Below are positions 37,087 to 47,101 of a DNA stretch of 53,937 nt, in pieces. This DNA comes from a virus. Taxonomy: Duplodnaviria; Caudoviricetes. The notes beneath the pieces were generated by a model. It was not told where the DNA came from. It made no database searches and worked only from the letters and a program-made list of their open reading frames with translations. Both the position numbers and the translations under genes were made by a program. The stretch lies in the IMG/VR virus record IMGVR_UViG_3300032325_000820, positions 1 to 53,937 of that record; one strand, given 5' to 3'. The first letter of the stretch is position 1, and every line of letters begins with the position of its first letter.

Positions 37087-38308
37087 TCATGACACTATAA
37101 CATGGCAGGAGGCGAGCATTAAGTTATCGCAATTAAAAGAGTATACCAATAATCCAAGAAAAATAACGAAGGAAATGCTGGATAAACTAGCGTCTCATAT
37201 AAAAGAGGACGGGTATCATCAAAGAATAATAGTAGATAACGATTACACCATTATCGGCGGACATCAGCGCAAAAAAGCTTTATATATGGCAGGTTATGAT
37301 GATGAAACTAAAATTGAGGTGTTAATGCCAAATAGGAAACTAACACCAGCAGAAATAGACAGGTTAAATATTAGAGATAATCTAGCGTTCGGGGAATATG
37401 ATTTTGATGTGCTAACGGAGCGGTTTAATCAGGAGGAGCTATTATCTTTTGGCATGGATAAGGAAATGCTCGCGCCTATATTTGATAAAACCATATTAGA
37501 AGAAATAGGGGAAGAAGAGGAAATAGAACTCCCAGAAGAAGCTACTGCCAAGCTAGGTGATATTTACCTGCTTGGGTCTCATCGTTTAATGTGCGGAGAT
37601 AGTACTAACCCGCGGCATGTTGAAAAACTACTGGATGGAGCAAAACCAATTTTAATGGTAACTGATCCGCCGTACGGTGTGGAGTATGATCCTAAGTGGC
37701 GTGAGGGTGTTGATCTTCAGGTAGGCATGCGTTCTAAAGGTAAGGTACTAAATGATGATAGATATGATTGGTCTGAGGCTTACTCTCTGTTTACAGGTGA
37801 TATTGCTTATATTTGGCATTCATCTAAATATACGCACAAGTTTGCAGAGAATATAGAGAATAGCGGTTTTGAATTGATTTGTCTCATAATCTGGACAAAG
37901 CAGCAGTTTGCATTAAGCAGGGGTGATTATCATCATCAGCATGAGCCTCTATGGTACGGAGTACGGAAAGGGAAGAAGCATAACTGGCAGGGCAAACGTG
38001 ATCAATCTACCGTATGGGAAATTACGAATAATAATCCATTTGGTAATAGTTCTCATAATATAGAAGAAACGTGGGGACACGGCACACAAAAACCGATGGA
38101 GTGCATGCTTCGGCCTATACTTAATAACTCCGCGCAAGGTGAGAGTGTATACGACCCGTTTGGCGGTAGCGGTACTACGTTAATTGCCTGCGAGAGGTCA
38201 AAGCGTAATTGTTACATGATGGAATTATCTCCGGCTTATGTTGATGTTATAATAAAGAGGTGGGAAAAAGAAACCGGATTAAAAGCGGTACTGGAAGGTG
38301 GCAAGTAA
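37070..38308 (+). CDS. ParB-like domain + N6A/N4C DNA methyltransferase
   Basis: NPR.I...IIGGHQR; HRLMCGDS; TDPPY; H.TQKP; DPFGGSGTT. Confidence 0.9.
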   Translation: MSYLSNHDTITWQEASIKLSQLKEYTNNPRKITKEMLDKLASHIKEDGYHQRIIVDNDYTIIGGHQRKKALYMAGYDDETKIEVLMPNRKLTPAEIDRLNIRDNLAFGEYDFDVLTERFNQEELLSFGMDKEMLAPIFDKTILEEIGEEEEIELPEEATAKLGDIYLLGSHRLMCGDSTNPRHVEKLLDGAKPILMVTDPPYGVEYDPKWREGVDLQVGMRSKGKVLNDDRYDWSEAYSLFTGDIAYIWHSSKYTHKFAENIENSGFELICLIIWTKQQFALSRGDYHHQHEPLWYGVRKGKKHNWQGKRDQSTVWEITNNNPFGNSSHNIEETWGHGTQKPMECMLRPILNNSAQGESVYDPFGGSGTTLIACERSKRNCYMMELSPAYVDVIIKRWEKETGLKAVLEGGK

Positions 38309-38756
38309 AGTTTTATTAGAAGAGGAAAAAAATCCAAGAGGACATCCCCTTATTGTTCTTACTGATGAACAAAAAAACATGGTACAGCAGATGGCTAAGG
38401 TTTCAACTGTACAACAAATAGCTGATTATCTTGGTATAAGTAGGAGCGGTTTTTTTAAGCTTATAGAACGTGATGAAGGAATAAATGGACTCTATAAAAA
38501 AGGGAGAGCGGAAGGGCATTATTTTGTAGCAGGACACTTGATGAAGAAAATTAAAGGGGGTGATACTACTGCCACGATTTTTTACCTTAAAACTCAATCT
38601 AGATGGAAAGAGCCTACGGAAGAGAGAGAAGAAGAGCCTGCTAACATAGAAACTCCGGAAGAAATAGAGGCTAAAATGGAAGAAATTAGACTTTATATCC
38701 AGTGGAAAGAAGAACGAAAATTAGCGTTAGAGAAAGAAAATAATAAGAAAGAGTAA
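38298..38756 (+). CDS. Terminase small subunit (HTH)
   Basis: QIADYLGISRS; G.T.A.IFYLK...RWKE; directly before TerL. Confidence 0.7.
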   Translation: MASKVLLEEEKNPRGHPLIVLTDEQKNMVQQMAKVSTVQQIADYLGISRSGFFKLIERDEGINGLYKKGRAEGHYFVAGHLMKKIKGGDTTATIFYLKTQSRWKEPTEEREEEPANIETPEEIEAKMEEIRLYIQWKEERKLALEKENNKKE

Positions 38757-40265
38757 ATGTTATATTCTAAAAAAGAACAAGCGGAAGCTTCTCTTTATGA
38801 ATTTTTTAAGCAATCCTGGCATGTACTAGAGGGAGGAACTCCTTTTGTAGATGAATGGTATCTTAAGAAAATAGCTGATAGTCTGCAAGATTGTTTAAAA
38901 GGAAAAATTAAAAGTTTATTAATAAATCTACCGCCTCGCAAAGGAAAAACTAATTTAATATCGATAGCATTTCCTGCGTGGGTATGGATTAACTACCCCG
39001 AAAAAAAGTTTATCTGTGCCTCTTATGCTAATTCACTTACATTGAAGATAGCCTATAAGAGTAGGTTACTTATTGAGAGCAAATGGTATCAGGAGAGGTG
39101 GGGAGATAGATTTAAATTACGGAAAGACCAAAATTCCAAGAGTTATTTTGTTAATGATAAGACGGGATATAGAATTTCAACGAGTGCAGGTTCTTTTATT
39201 ACCGGATCAGGAGGGGATATACAAATTACCGATGACCCGAATGACCCGAGCGGTGAATCAGAAGCAAGACTTGAAGCGGTAAATATATGGTGGTCTCAAA
39301 AATGGTTCAATCGGGTTAATGACGCAAGAACAGTTGTAAGGATTGTCGTACAACAAAGATCGCAAAGTGAGAATGATATATCAGGGAATATTATAAAGAA
39401 CGACGTAGATAATCAGTGGTTAAAATATATTCTGCCTATGGAATATGAGCGCGGCGTTAAATCTGATTTTAATGACGCCCGAACGGAAGAAGGACAGTTG
39501 CTTAGTAACAGAGATACCGCTGAAGTAGTAAAACAGATTAAGAGAGAAATGGGCTCTTACGGGTATGCTGCGCAGTATCAACAAAGACCTGCGCCGCTTG
39601 AGGGAGGAATAATTAAAAAACACTGGTTTAGACTTTATCCTTACGAATTACCGCACCTCGAATATATCCTGCAATCATGGGATACGGCATTAACTGCTAA
39701 AGATGAGTCCAGTTATTCTGCCTGTACTACGTGGGGAGTATTTAAGGATAACTACGATAATGAAAATGTCATATTACTCTCAAGCTGGCGGGATAGACTG
39801 GAGTATCCTGATCTTAGGGAAAGGATGAAGAGATTGGCAAATGATTATAGGGATACCGGTGTTACTCCCATGTCTTTTAATACTAGATATAGTCCTGATT
39901 TAATAGTGGTAGAAGCGAAAGCTTCGGGTGATCCGCTTATGTCCGAACTTAAAAGAATGGGGATATATGCCCGTCCTTTTATCCCCAACAAGTACGGCGA
40001 TAAATTGCAGAGAGTAAGGTTAATCAGTAGCTTAATTGAGAGCGGAGTTGTCTGGATACCTACCAGGAAGAATGATGTATCTAAACCTGCTGATTTTGCT
40101 GACGAGTTTATAACAAGTGTTAGTTATTTTCCAAACGTTAGTTCTAGAGATTTTGTCGATACGATGACTCAGGCATTAATAACGCTTAGGGACGGTAATA
40201 GGATTTCTCATCCTAAAGACTACGTAGAACCGGAAGAATATCAAGAAACAATAAGGGTATATTAA
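38757..40265 (+). CDS. terL: Terminase large subunit
   Basis: LINLPPRKGKT Walker A; ITDDP Walker B; YQQRP; SWDTA; VEAKASG; D.VD. Confidence 0.92.
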   Translation: MLYSKKEQAEASLYEFFKQSWHVLEGGTPFVDEWYLKKIADSLQDCLKGKIKSLLINLPPRKGKTNLISIAFPAWVWINYPEKKFICASYANSLTLKIAYKSRLLIESKWYQERWGDRFKLRKDQNSKSYFVNDKTGYRISTSAGSFITGSGGDIQITDDPNDPSGESEARLEAVNIWWSQKWFNRVNDARTVVRIVVQQRSQSENDISGNIIKNDVDNQWLKYILPMEYERGVKSDFNDARTEEGQLLSNRDTAEVVKQIKREMGSYGYAAQYQQRPAPLEGGIIKKHWFRLYPYELPHLEYILQSWDTALTAKDESSYSACTTWGVFKDNYDNENVILLSSWRDRLEYPDLRERMKRLANDYRDTGVTPMSFNTRYSPDLIVVEAKASGDPLMSELKRMGIYARPFIPNKYGDKLQRVRLISSLIESGVVWIPTRKNDVSKPADFADEFITSVSYFPNVSSRDFVDTMTQALITLRDGNRISHPKDYVEPEEYQETIRVY

Positions 40266-40269
40266 AAAT

Positions 40270-40614
40270 ATGTCTAATAAGAAAGGAATTAAATACAATT
40301 CAAAATCTGCGTTAATTTTAAAACAATATACTCCCGAAGGTATACAGAAATTGTTAAATAGCGGAGAGTTTAAGTCGGTCGTTATTCGCAGGCTTGGAGT
40401 ACATGTGAAAGCTTTTAACGATTATATGAGGGAGCATAATTTAACTTACCAAGTTCCGGATAAACCAAAGTTTAGCAGTAGCGAGATGAGTAATGCTAAG
40501 GGAGAACAAAAGGGCTCTAGCTCTGATGAAGAACCGCTAGAGAGATTTCAAAGATTGTTTAAAGAGAGAAAGCAAAAAAGAACCTTACAGGAGCTAAAAG
40601 ACGCTTATTACTAA
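40270..40614 (+). CDS. Hypothetical protein (possible HTH)
   Basis: 114 aa between TerL and portal. Confidence 0.5.
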   Translation: MSNKKGIKYNSKSALILKQYTPEGIQKLLNSGEFKSVVIRRLGVHVKAFNDYMREHNLTYQVPDKPKFSSSEMSNAKGEQKGSSSDEEPLERFQRLFKERKQKRTLQELKDAYY

Positions 40615-40643
40615 AAATTAACTTATTTACCAAGATATATCAC

Positions 40644-42998
40644 ATGAAAGGAAGAAAAAAAATAGAATTACCGGATATGTTTGACTCAACGGAATTGATC
40701 CAGGATATAGATAATGCCGAGATTAATAAGGTTGAAGATTTAGAAGACGGCTCATCTGTTTATGAAATAGGCAAGCCGGAGGAAGATAACCTTAACAATG
40801 ATAAGTTTGATGCTAACCTTGCTCTTACAATGAAAGAGGAAACGCTGGAGAAAATATCGACTTATATTTTAGATGCTATTGATGACGATATTAAAGTAAG
40901 GCAACCATGGCTTGATATACATAACAGGGTCAAAAAGTATCTAGGACATAACCTTGAGGACTTGGAGAAGCAACCTTTTGATCAAGCATGTAGAACATTT
41001 GATACTACACTTAGTACGGCATTAATTCGTTTTTGCGCTACCTCAAGAGCCGAATTATTACCCGATAGCGGTCCGTGCGGTGCTAAGATATTCGGACAAG
41101 ATACTGAAGAACTTGAAGAAATAGGAAAGGTAAGGAGTCAGTGGCTTAATTACTTTTTAACCATAAAAGATTCGGCTTATTATAAAGACTTTGAAAGGTC
41201 TTTATATTATATAGGTTTTTATGGGACTATTATTAAAAAGGTTTATTACGACGATATTTTAAAACAACCTATATCCAGATTTATTGTCCCCGAGGATTTT
41301 TTAATTAATATTGATTGCACTTCTATACTTGAGTCAAGCAGGCTTACTCATATTTTAAAATTATCTGCCCGTGAGGTTTTAATTAATCAGAAGAGCGGGA
41401 TTTATAGAGACGTTGAACTCCCTTATTTAAAAGTTGTCGGGGGTGATAGTAATAATAATTCTAATAATCAAGAAGCCGATTCCGGCAAGATAAATAATCT
41501 TATTAATCTTGATAGTTATAAACAAAGAACCCTGCATGATATATATGAGAGTCATATCTATTTGAATTTAGAGACTTTTGAAGACGGTTATTCTTCTGAA
41601 GAAATAAAGGAAGTTGCCAAGCCTTATATTGTTACTATTGATAAAGAAAGTAAGGAAATATTAAGTATCAAACGCAACTGGAGGGAAGAAGACGCGGAAT
41701 TTAAAAGAAGAAAATATTTTGTAGCCTATCATTTTTTCACCGGTTTTGATATATGGGGTCTTGGGATGGCAAGGATGTCAGGGACAAATGCCATCGCAGT
41801 TACCAATATGTTAAGACAGACTGTTGATGCTGCTACTTATCAGAATTTGCCTGCCGGTTTTATTGACCAGGGAGCTACAAAGCAGCAAGTAACGGATATA
41901 GTACTTGGTGCCGGTCAGTGGAAAATCATGAATACCCAAGGCTCAAAAAGCATAAGAGATTTATTTGCTCCTTTGCCTGCAAACGGTCCTTCTCAAAGCC
42001 TGATGCAATTACGCGGGGAAATCATAGCCCAGATGCAGGATCAGTTATCTACTACGGAACTCGGCATGATGGATAGTAAGGAAGATATCCCGACTGGTAC
42101 GGCAATAGCTTTTTTAAAAGAGAAAAACAAAATTGAATCTTCTGTTTTAAAATCCTTACATGTTTCATTCTCGGAAGAACTAAGGTTACTCGATGATATT
42201 TTTAAAGAAGTTGTTGATAGAGAAGAATTTTTTATTAACGGCGAGCAGTTTATTATTACCAAAGAACATTTTGTTGACAGCGTGCAGGTAGTGCCTGTAT
42301 CAGACCCGTCCGTTAATTCTACCATTGAGCGAATAATGAAAGCTGAGGCGATATTCCAAACAGCAATGCAATTACCGGATAAAGTTAATACGATAGAGGC
42401 ATTAAAAATGGTATTTCAGGCTCAAGGGTTAGATGAGAATCTTATAGACAACTTAATTATCAAAGGTCAAGAAGTAGAGCCTGCCGATCCTATTACCGAG
42501 AATATGAACATGATGCAGGGAAAAGCCGTCAAAGCGGGAATAGAGCAGAATCACGATGCACATATTATAGTACACTCTGCTCTTGAGGATAATGATGCTG
42601 CCAAGGCTCACATACAGGAGCATATGGCACTTAAATTCATGTTAGAGATGGAAGAGGCTATGGGTATTGATTTAAGCCAAATTGATCAAAGTAACCTAGA
42701 AGTACAAAATATAATTGCTTTAAAAGCGGCAAGAGCCGTAGAAGAACTGGGCTTAAACAAACATACCGTCGATAACGAACCTATAGACCCGAATGAGTTA
42801 CTTGCTGCGGAAATAGAGCAGAAACGGGAAGAGAATATCATTAAGAAAGAGATTGCCGATCAAAATCTTGAAAAAGAAATTTTTAAAAGTCAGCTTCACT
42901 TTGAAGAAATGAAAGAAAAACTAAAAGCCGAAAAAGAAATGGCACTTTTGGAAGCGAGAGTTGAGATGGAAAAATTAAGAAACAGATTAGGAGAATAA
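40644..42998 (+). CDS. Portal protein (P22-like podovirus type)
   Basis: 784 aa after TerL; KKVYYD; NLPAGF; P.GT..A; VPVSDP; Q.H.AHI; C-terminal coiled coil. Confidence 0.85.
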   Translation: MKGRKKIELPDMFDSTELIQDIDNAEINKVEDLEDGSSVYEIGKPEEDNLNNDKFDANLALTMKEETLEKISTYILDAIDDDIKVRQPWLDIHNRVKKYLGHNLEDLEKQPFDQACRTFDTTLSTALIRFCATSRAELLPDSGPCGAKIFGQDTEELEEIGKVRSQWLNYFLTIKDSAYYKDFERSLYYIGFYGTIIKKVYYDDILKQPISRFIVPEDFLINIDCTSILESSRLTHILKLSAREVLINQKSGIYRDVELPYLKVVGGDSNNNSNNQEADSGKINNLINLDSYKQRTLHDIYESHIYLNLETFEDGYSSEEIKEVAKPYIVTIDKESKEILSIKRNWREEDAEFKRRKYFVAYHFFTGFDIWGLGMARMSGTNAIAVTNMLRQTVDAATYQNLPAGFIDQGATKQQVTDIVLGAGQWKIMNTQGSKSIRDLFAPLPANGPSQSLMQLRGEIIAQMQDQLSTTELGMMDSKEDIPTGTAIAFLKEKNKIESSVLKSLHVSFSEELRLLDDIFKEVVDREEFFINGEQFIITKEHFVDSVQVVPVSDPSVNSTIERIMKAEAIFQTAMQLPDKVNTIEALKMVFQAQGLDENLIDNLIIKGQEVEPADPITENMNMMQGKAVKAGIEQNHDAHIIVHSALEDNDAAKAHIQEHMALKFMLEMEEAMGIDLSQIDQSNLEVQNIIALKAARAVEELGLNKHTVDNEPIDPNELLAAEIEQKREENIIKKEIADQNLEKEIFKSQLHFEEMKEKLKAEKEMALLEARVEMEKLRNRLGE

Positions 42999-42999
42999 T

Positions 43000-43218
43000 A
43001 TGAAAGATCATGAATATATTTTAATTAAAACCATAGATTTAATAAAAGATAATCTGGAGGTAGTAGAAGATAAATTAATCGGTGGCGGTTTATCTTCTAT
43101 GGAGGATTATAAGTATCACTGCGGGCTTAGATATGCTTTTGACGCAATACTTTGTCATATTAAAGAAGCTATAAAAGAAGAGAGTAATATTGTTGATAAG
43201 GTAGAGAATAATTTTTGA
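43000..43218 (+). CDS. Small conserved phage protein
   Basis: L..G...MEDYKY.CG motif; usual position between portal and GroES. Confidence 0.65.
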   Translation: MKDHEYILIKTIDLIKDNLEVVEDKLIGGGLSSMEDYKYHCGLRYAFDAILCHIKEAIKEESNIVDKVENNF

Positions 43219-43232
43219 AAAGGAGTAAAAAC

Positions 43233-43625
43233 ATGATGGAAATGGGATTATTTGAGGAAGAAGAGATAGCTATTAACTATGATAATTTTAATATAAATGA
43301 AGAGTTAAAATTATTTGAAGATTGTATCTCTCATCCGACCAAAATACTAATCAGATTATATATAAAGCCTAATAAGGTCGGCTCGCTTTATGTACCTAAT
43401 AGTAAATCCGTTTACGAGGAAATGGTAGGGTATGTAGCTAAAATAGGTAAGTGTGCCTTTACGGGTGAACGCTACAAGGAATGGGGAGAGTGGTATAAGA
43501 TAGGGGACTGGGTAGCTTTTCCAAGGCATGCCGGCATTAGATATACCTATAAGAAATTACCGGTATTTTCAATAATGGATGATGCACCTCTTCTGGTAGT
43601 AAATGATCCAAGAGACGTTAAATAA
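43233..43625 (+). CDS. GroES-like co-chaperonin
   Basis: G.V.K.G..A....W.K.GDWV.F.R.AG....DD; AGGAG before ATG 43233. Confidence 0.75.
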   Translation: MMEMGLFEEEEIAINYDNFNINEELKLFEDCISHPTKILIRLYIKPNKVGSLYVPNSKSVYEEMVGYVAKIGKCAFTGERYKEWGEWYKIGDWVAFPRHAGIRYTYKKLPVFSIMDDAPLLVVNDPRDVK

Positions 43626-43647
43626 CTTTAAAAAGGGGTGATTATAA

Positions 43648-44589
43648 ATGAAAGAGAAGGAATTGGAATTTGATAATAAAATTAATGAAGTTTTATCCGG
43701 CGTACTTGATAACAACAAACCGGAAGAACAGGAAGGTTTAAGCGAGGATCAAGTTAATATCAATCTTGAGGCGACCGATGAGCAACCTTCCATAGAAGAA
43801 GCATCCGAGCAGCAGGCAGAGGAAGAACCTATTAACGCCGCTGATCTATTTAAGGATAAATATTATCAAGAGAAGAAAAAGAGAAAAACCATTTTAGCCG
43901 ATCGTCAAAAGTTAGAGCAGGAAAATCAGGAATTAAGACAGTTTCTTAATGGAACTATTGAAAATAATACTAAATTGTATGGCCAGAATTTATACAATGA
44001 TTTAGAGCGAATCAGGAATATAAAAAAACAGGCATTACTTGGCGATGATCCCGATTTGTTTTTAGAAGCCGACGAGCTTCATAAAAAAACAATGATGAAG
44101 ATTAATGAATTTGAGAATATGGCAAGCAACAGTGCTACTGATAAAACAAAGCAGGAAGAGCCTCCTGTATCTACTGAAGCCAATATTGATAATAGAATGG
44201 CCGAGCAGCAGCTTTCTAAAGCACAAGAGTGGTTAGATGATCATCCGGAATTAATAGATGGGTCTTCGCATTATAATCCAAAAATCCAGAAAGAAGTTGC
44301 GGCTTTTATTCAAGAGTTAGATAAAGACTTAAAAAAGAAAGGCAGAAGTAATGAGATATTAAGTGATCAATATCTAGACGCAATTGATGAATTTATTGAT
44401 AGCGTAAAAATAAAAAAGCCCAAAGACGGTTATACTACTTCAAATGTCGGAGGGGTTAGAAATAACTTTAGTAATCAGGGGTCTAATAAAATACGTATTA
44501 CCTTAACTGATTTTGATAAACAAATGGCTAGAGAACTGAAAATGAGTGAAGAGCAGTATTTAAAATATCAATATAAAAATAGAGCATAA
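43648..44589 (+). CDS. Capsid scaffolding protein
   Basis: Acidic N-terminus, coiled coil, A.EW...HP, C-terminal LT......A..L.MS.E.Y.KY. Confidence 0.7.
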   Translation: MKEKELEFDNKINEVLSGVLDNNKPEEQEGLSEDQVNINLEATDEQPSIEEASEQQAEEEPINAADLFKDKYYQEKKKRKTILADRQKLEQENQELRQFLNGTIENNTKLYGQNLYNDLERIRNIKKQALLGDDPDLFLEADELHKKTMMKINEFENMASNSATDKTKQEEPPVSTEANIDNRMAEQQLSKAQEWLDDHPELIDGSSHYNPKIQKEVAAFIQELDKDLKKKGRSNEILSDQYLDAIDEFIDSVKIKKPKDGYTTSNVGGVRNNFSNQGSNKIRITLTDFDKQMARELKMSEEQYLKYQYKNRA

Positions 44590-44594
44590 TTATT

Positions 44595-45038
44595 ATGAAA
44601 AATGAAAGAAGAACAAGAGATACCGAAAATAGAATGTTTGATAAAGACGAAAGTAGGACTTTCTATAATCATGATTATATTAGCCCTTTAACTATTCCGG
44701 AATATGTAATAAAACCCGGATTTGAATATTATTGGGAAAGGAGGAGTTTAAAAGGTCAAATGGATACGGCTTTAAGTATGGCCTATAAAAGGGGATGGAG
44801 ACCGGTAAAAGTTAGTGATGATCCAAATAGAATTCCAAGCGACCTTTTTGAATTAGATGAGGTGGCAAAAACTTACATATGTGAAGGAGATTGTATTTTA
44901 CTTGAGAGAGAAAAGAAACGCGGAGAAATAGAAAGAAAAAAACATAATGAATATTCATTAAGAATGGCTACTGAATCCAAAGCTTATAATTATAATGATA
45001 ATAAGCCGACCGAGAACGCTTTAAACGTAAAGATATAA
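44595..45038 (+). CDS. Conserved phage head-region protein
   Basis: PG..Y.W.R....G; GW.PV; ILL motif. Confidence 0.6.
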   Translation: MKNERRTRDTENRMFDKDESRTFYNHDYISPLTIPEYVIKPGFEYYWERRSLKGQMDTALSMAYKRGWRPVKVSDDPNRIPSDLFELDEVAKTYICEGDCILLEREKKRGEIERKKHNEYSLRMATESKAYNYNDNKPTENALNVKI

Positions 45039-45044
45039 AATATC

Positions 45045-46181
45045 ATGGCATTTTTTCCATCAATAGATACGGCGAAAGAAATAACTTTAACTGCCAATAT
45101 CCAGCTGGATTATCCGTATTCGGCAAATCTTGCTAATGTTACCGTAGCGGATATGATGGATGTTACGGCTACCATAGGCAACTTAAATATTTTCTTGCCG
45201 GACGCAACACAAACTACTCCGGGATTTTCCATTAGTTTTAATAATGTCGGAGCTAATAGTTTTAATATTGTTTTAAACGATCAACTAACACTATTTACGC
45301 CTGTTGCTGCCGGCAAAGTTTTGACAATATATTTATATGATACTACAACTCCTAACGGAAGCTGGAGAATAATTCCTTTCGGCGGTGGGGTAAACGGTAT
45401 ATCAGAATTAACTTTAACTAGCTCGGATGATTCAATTACGGTAACGGGTAGCCCGGTATCTCCTCCAAGCGGGACACTTGACATTAAGTTGCCTAGTCTT
45501 ATTTCAGCAATCACAGAGCTTGCAAACGGAACGCCCGGAATACTTGCTCTTGATCCGGAAACAAATAGTTGGTCATTAATATCGCTTGTAAACGGTAGTA
45601 ATATAGTAATTACCAACCCGAGCGGAGTAGGCGGTAATCCAACGATAAGTTTAGGTACTGTGATAGTTGTAAATCAGATTACGGCAGGGAATATAATTAT
45701 TAATAATGATTTAATTACCAACACCGATAGCGGGGGAGTACTCAGTATCGTTTCAAACGGGACTAATTCGGCTTTAAACCTAAATAGTGTTTTAGTCGAT
45801 ACTGAGGGGAATATTACGGGCATTAACAATCTAACCATAGAAGGTATATTCAAGTCAGTTAATACTGCTAAAGCCTGGTGCAGATTTAGTAATACTTCTG
45901 GAACAATTGCAGTTTCCTCTAGCTGTAACGTCTCAGGAGTAACTTATAATAGCAGTAATTCTCAATATGTCATTACATTTACAAGTCCGATGGGTAATTT
46001 GAATTATGGAGTATTTATAAGCTGTGCCAATAATAACAGCACGCCTCCTTTAGCGCCGCGAATAGGTTATGATATTGTAAGACAATTAAATTCCGTAACC
46101 ATAGTTTTAACGGATAGTTCAGGTGAAATGCTACCTGATATTCCCGAAGGTGTATCTGTTATGATATTTTCAACAAGTTAA
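45045..46181 (+). CDS. Virion structural/tail protein
   Basis: Thr/Ser/Asn beta-rich; GGNPTIS; C-terminal AKAW..F...NV..V.....Y.I.F...M...NY domain. Confidence 0.65.
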   Translation: MAFFPSIDTAKEITLTANIQLDYPYSANLANVTVADMMDVTATIGNLNIFLPDATQTTPGFSISFNNVGANSFNIVLNDQLTLFTPVAAGKVLTIYLYDTTTPNGSWRIIPFGGGVNGISELTLTSSDDSITVTGSPVSPPSGTLDIKLPSLISAITELANGTPGILALDPETNSWSLISLVNGSNIVITNPSGVGGNPTISLGTVIVVNQITAGNIIINNDLITNTDSGGVLSIVSNGTNSALNLNSVLVDTEGNITGINNLTIEGIFKSVNTAKAWCRFSNTSGTIAVSSSCNVSGVTYNSSNSQYVITFTSPMGNLNYGVFISCANNNSTPPLAPRIGYDIVRQLNSVTIVLTDSSGEMLPDIPEGVSVMIFSTS

Positions 46182-46192
46182 TTTCTATTAAC

Positions 46193-46570
46193 TTAAGCTA
46201 AAATATAAGGAACTTTATATTTAATAATTTTCTCATCTCTAGTAATTATGGTTAAATTTTCAATTATAGCTTGAGATATAAGAAGTCTATCAAAAGGGTC
46301 GTCATGATGTTTATCTAAATTTTCGATAAAAAGCGTATGTTTAATTGCTATAGGTAATACGTCAAAACCACATTGTAATATGATTTCTTCTAAGTTACTT
46401 GGAACATTAAGTTTACCCAAAGATTTTTTAATAGTAATCTCCCACGTATTAACAGAACTAATAAAAATAAGATTGTTAGGATTACTGATAATTTGTTTAG
46501 ATTGATAAGATAAATTTAAATTATCCTCTATCCACCAAATAAATGTATGGGTATCTAATAAATAACTCAT
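46193..46570 (-). CDS. vapC: VapC PIN-domain toxin
   Basis: LLDTH..IW; S.V..WEI.IK..LGKL; HDDPFDRLLI.QA. Confidence 0.92.
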   Translation of the reverse strand: MSYLLDTHTFIWWIEDNLNLSYQSKQIISNPNNLIFISSVNTWEITIKKSLGKLNVPSNLEEIILQCGFDVLPIAIKHTLFIENLDKHHDDPFDRLLISQAIIENLTIITRDEKIIKYKVPYILA

Positions 46571-46806
46571 TATATTTTATCATAAAATTTAGATAATAAT
46601 TCAGGAGATAATTCGTCAAAATCTTCGGACATTTTAACTTTACCTTTGCAAATACCGGGTCTGCGGGGTGATAATAATTTTTGATATTTAATCAATCTAA
46701 CAATAGGTTTTCCTGCTTTACAAATGATAACATCTTCCCCGTCTTCCACTTTTTTTATTAAATTGGATAAATGAGTTTTAGCCTTATGTATTGTTGAAAC
46801 TTGCAT
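46570..46806 (-). CDS. Phd/YefM family antitoxin
   Basis: IH.AKTHLS.L...VE.GE.VII.KAGKP..RL. Confidence 0.9.
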   Translation of the reverse strand: MQVSTIHKAKTHLSNLIKKVEDGEDVIICKAGKPIVRLIKYQKLLSPRRPGICKGKVKMSEDFDELSPELLSKFYDKI

Positions 46807-46883
46807 TTTAGTAATTAATTTAAGTTAGTTCAGTTTAGACTAAGTTTAAATTTAATTCAACATAAAATATAACCGATACCGTC

Positions 46884-46912
46884 TTGATATTTTAATTTTA
46901 ATTTATTAAAAT
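46884..46912 (+). promoter_or_regulatory. Candidate sigma70 promoter of the capsid/tail operon
   Basis: TTGATA-17 bp-TAAAAT; the region is AT-rich, so a chance match is possible. Confidence 0.45.
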
Positions 46913-47101
46913 TAACTTAAAGCAAAAGTTTGCCACAACTATAAGGGCGTCTTTGAGTTTGTAGTTTTATCTCTGCAAAAAACTAGGTTTTTTTCCGCTA
47001 TTAAAGTCGGGAAGCTTTAAGCTTCATGGGTTCATCTAGCCTTCTAATAGATTAAAAATTTCAAATACTATTTTTAATAATAAATATTTTTAGGTAAATA
47101 T

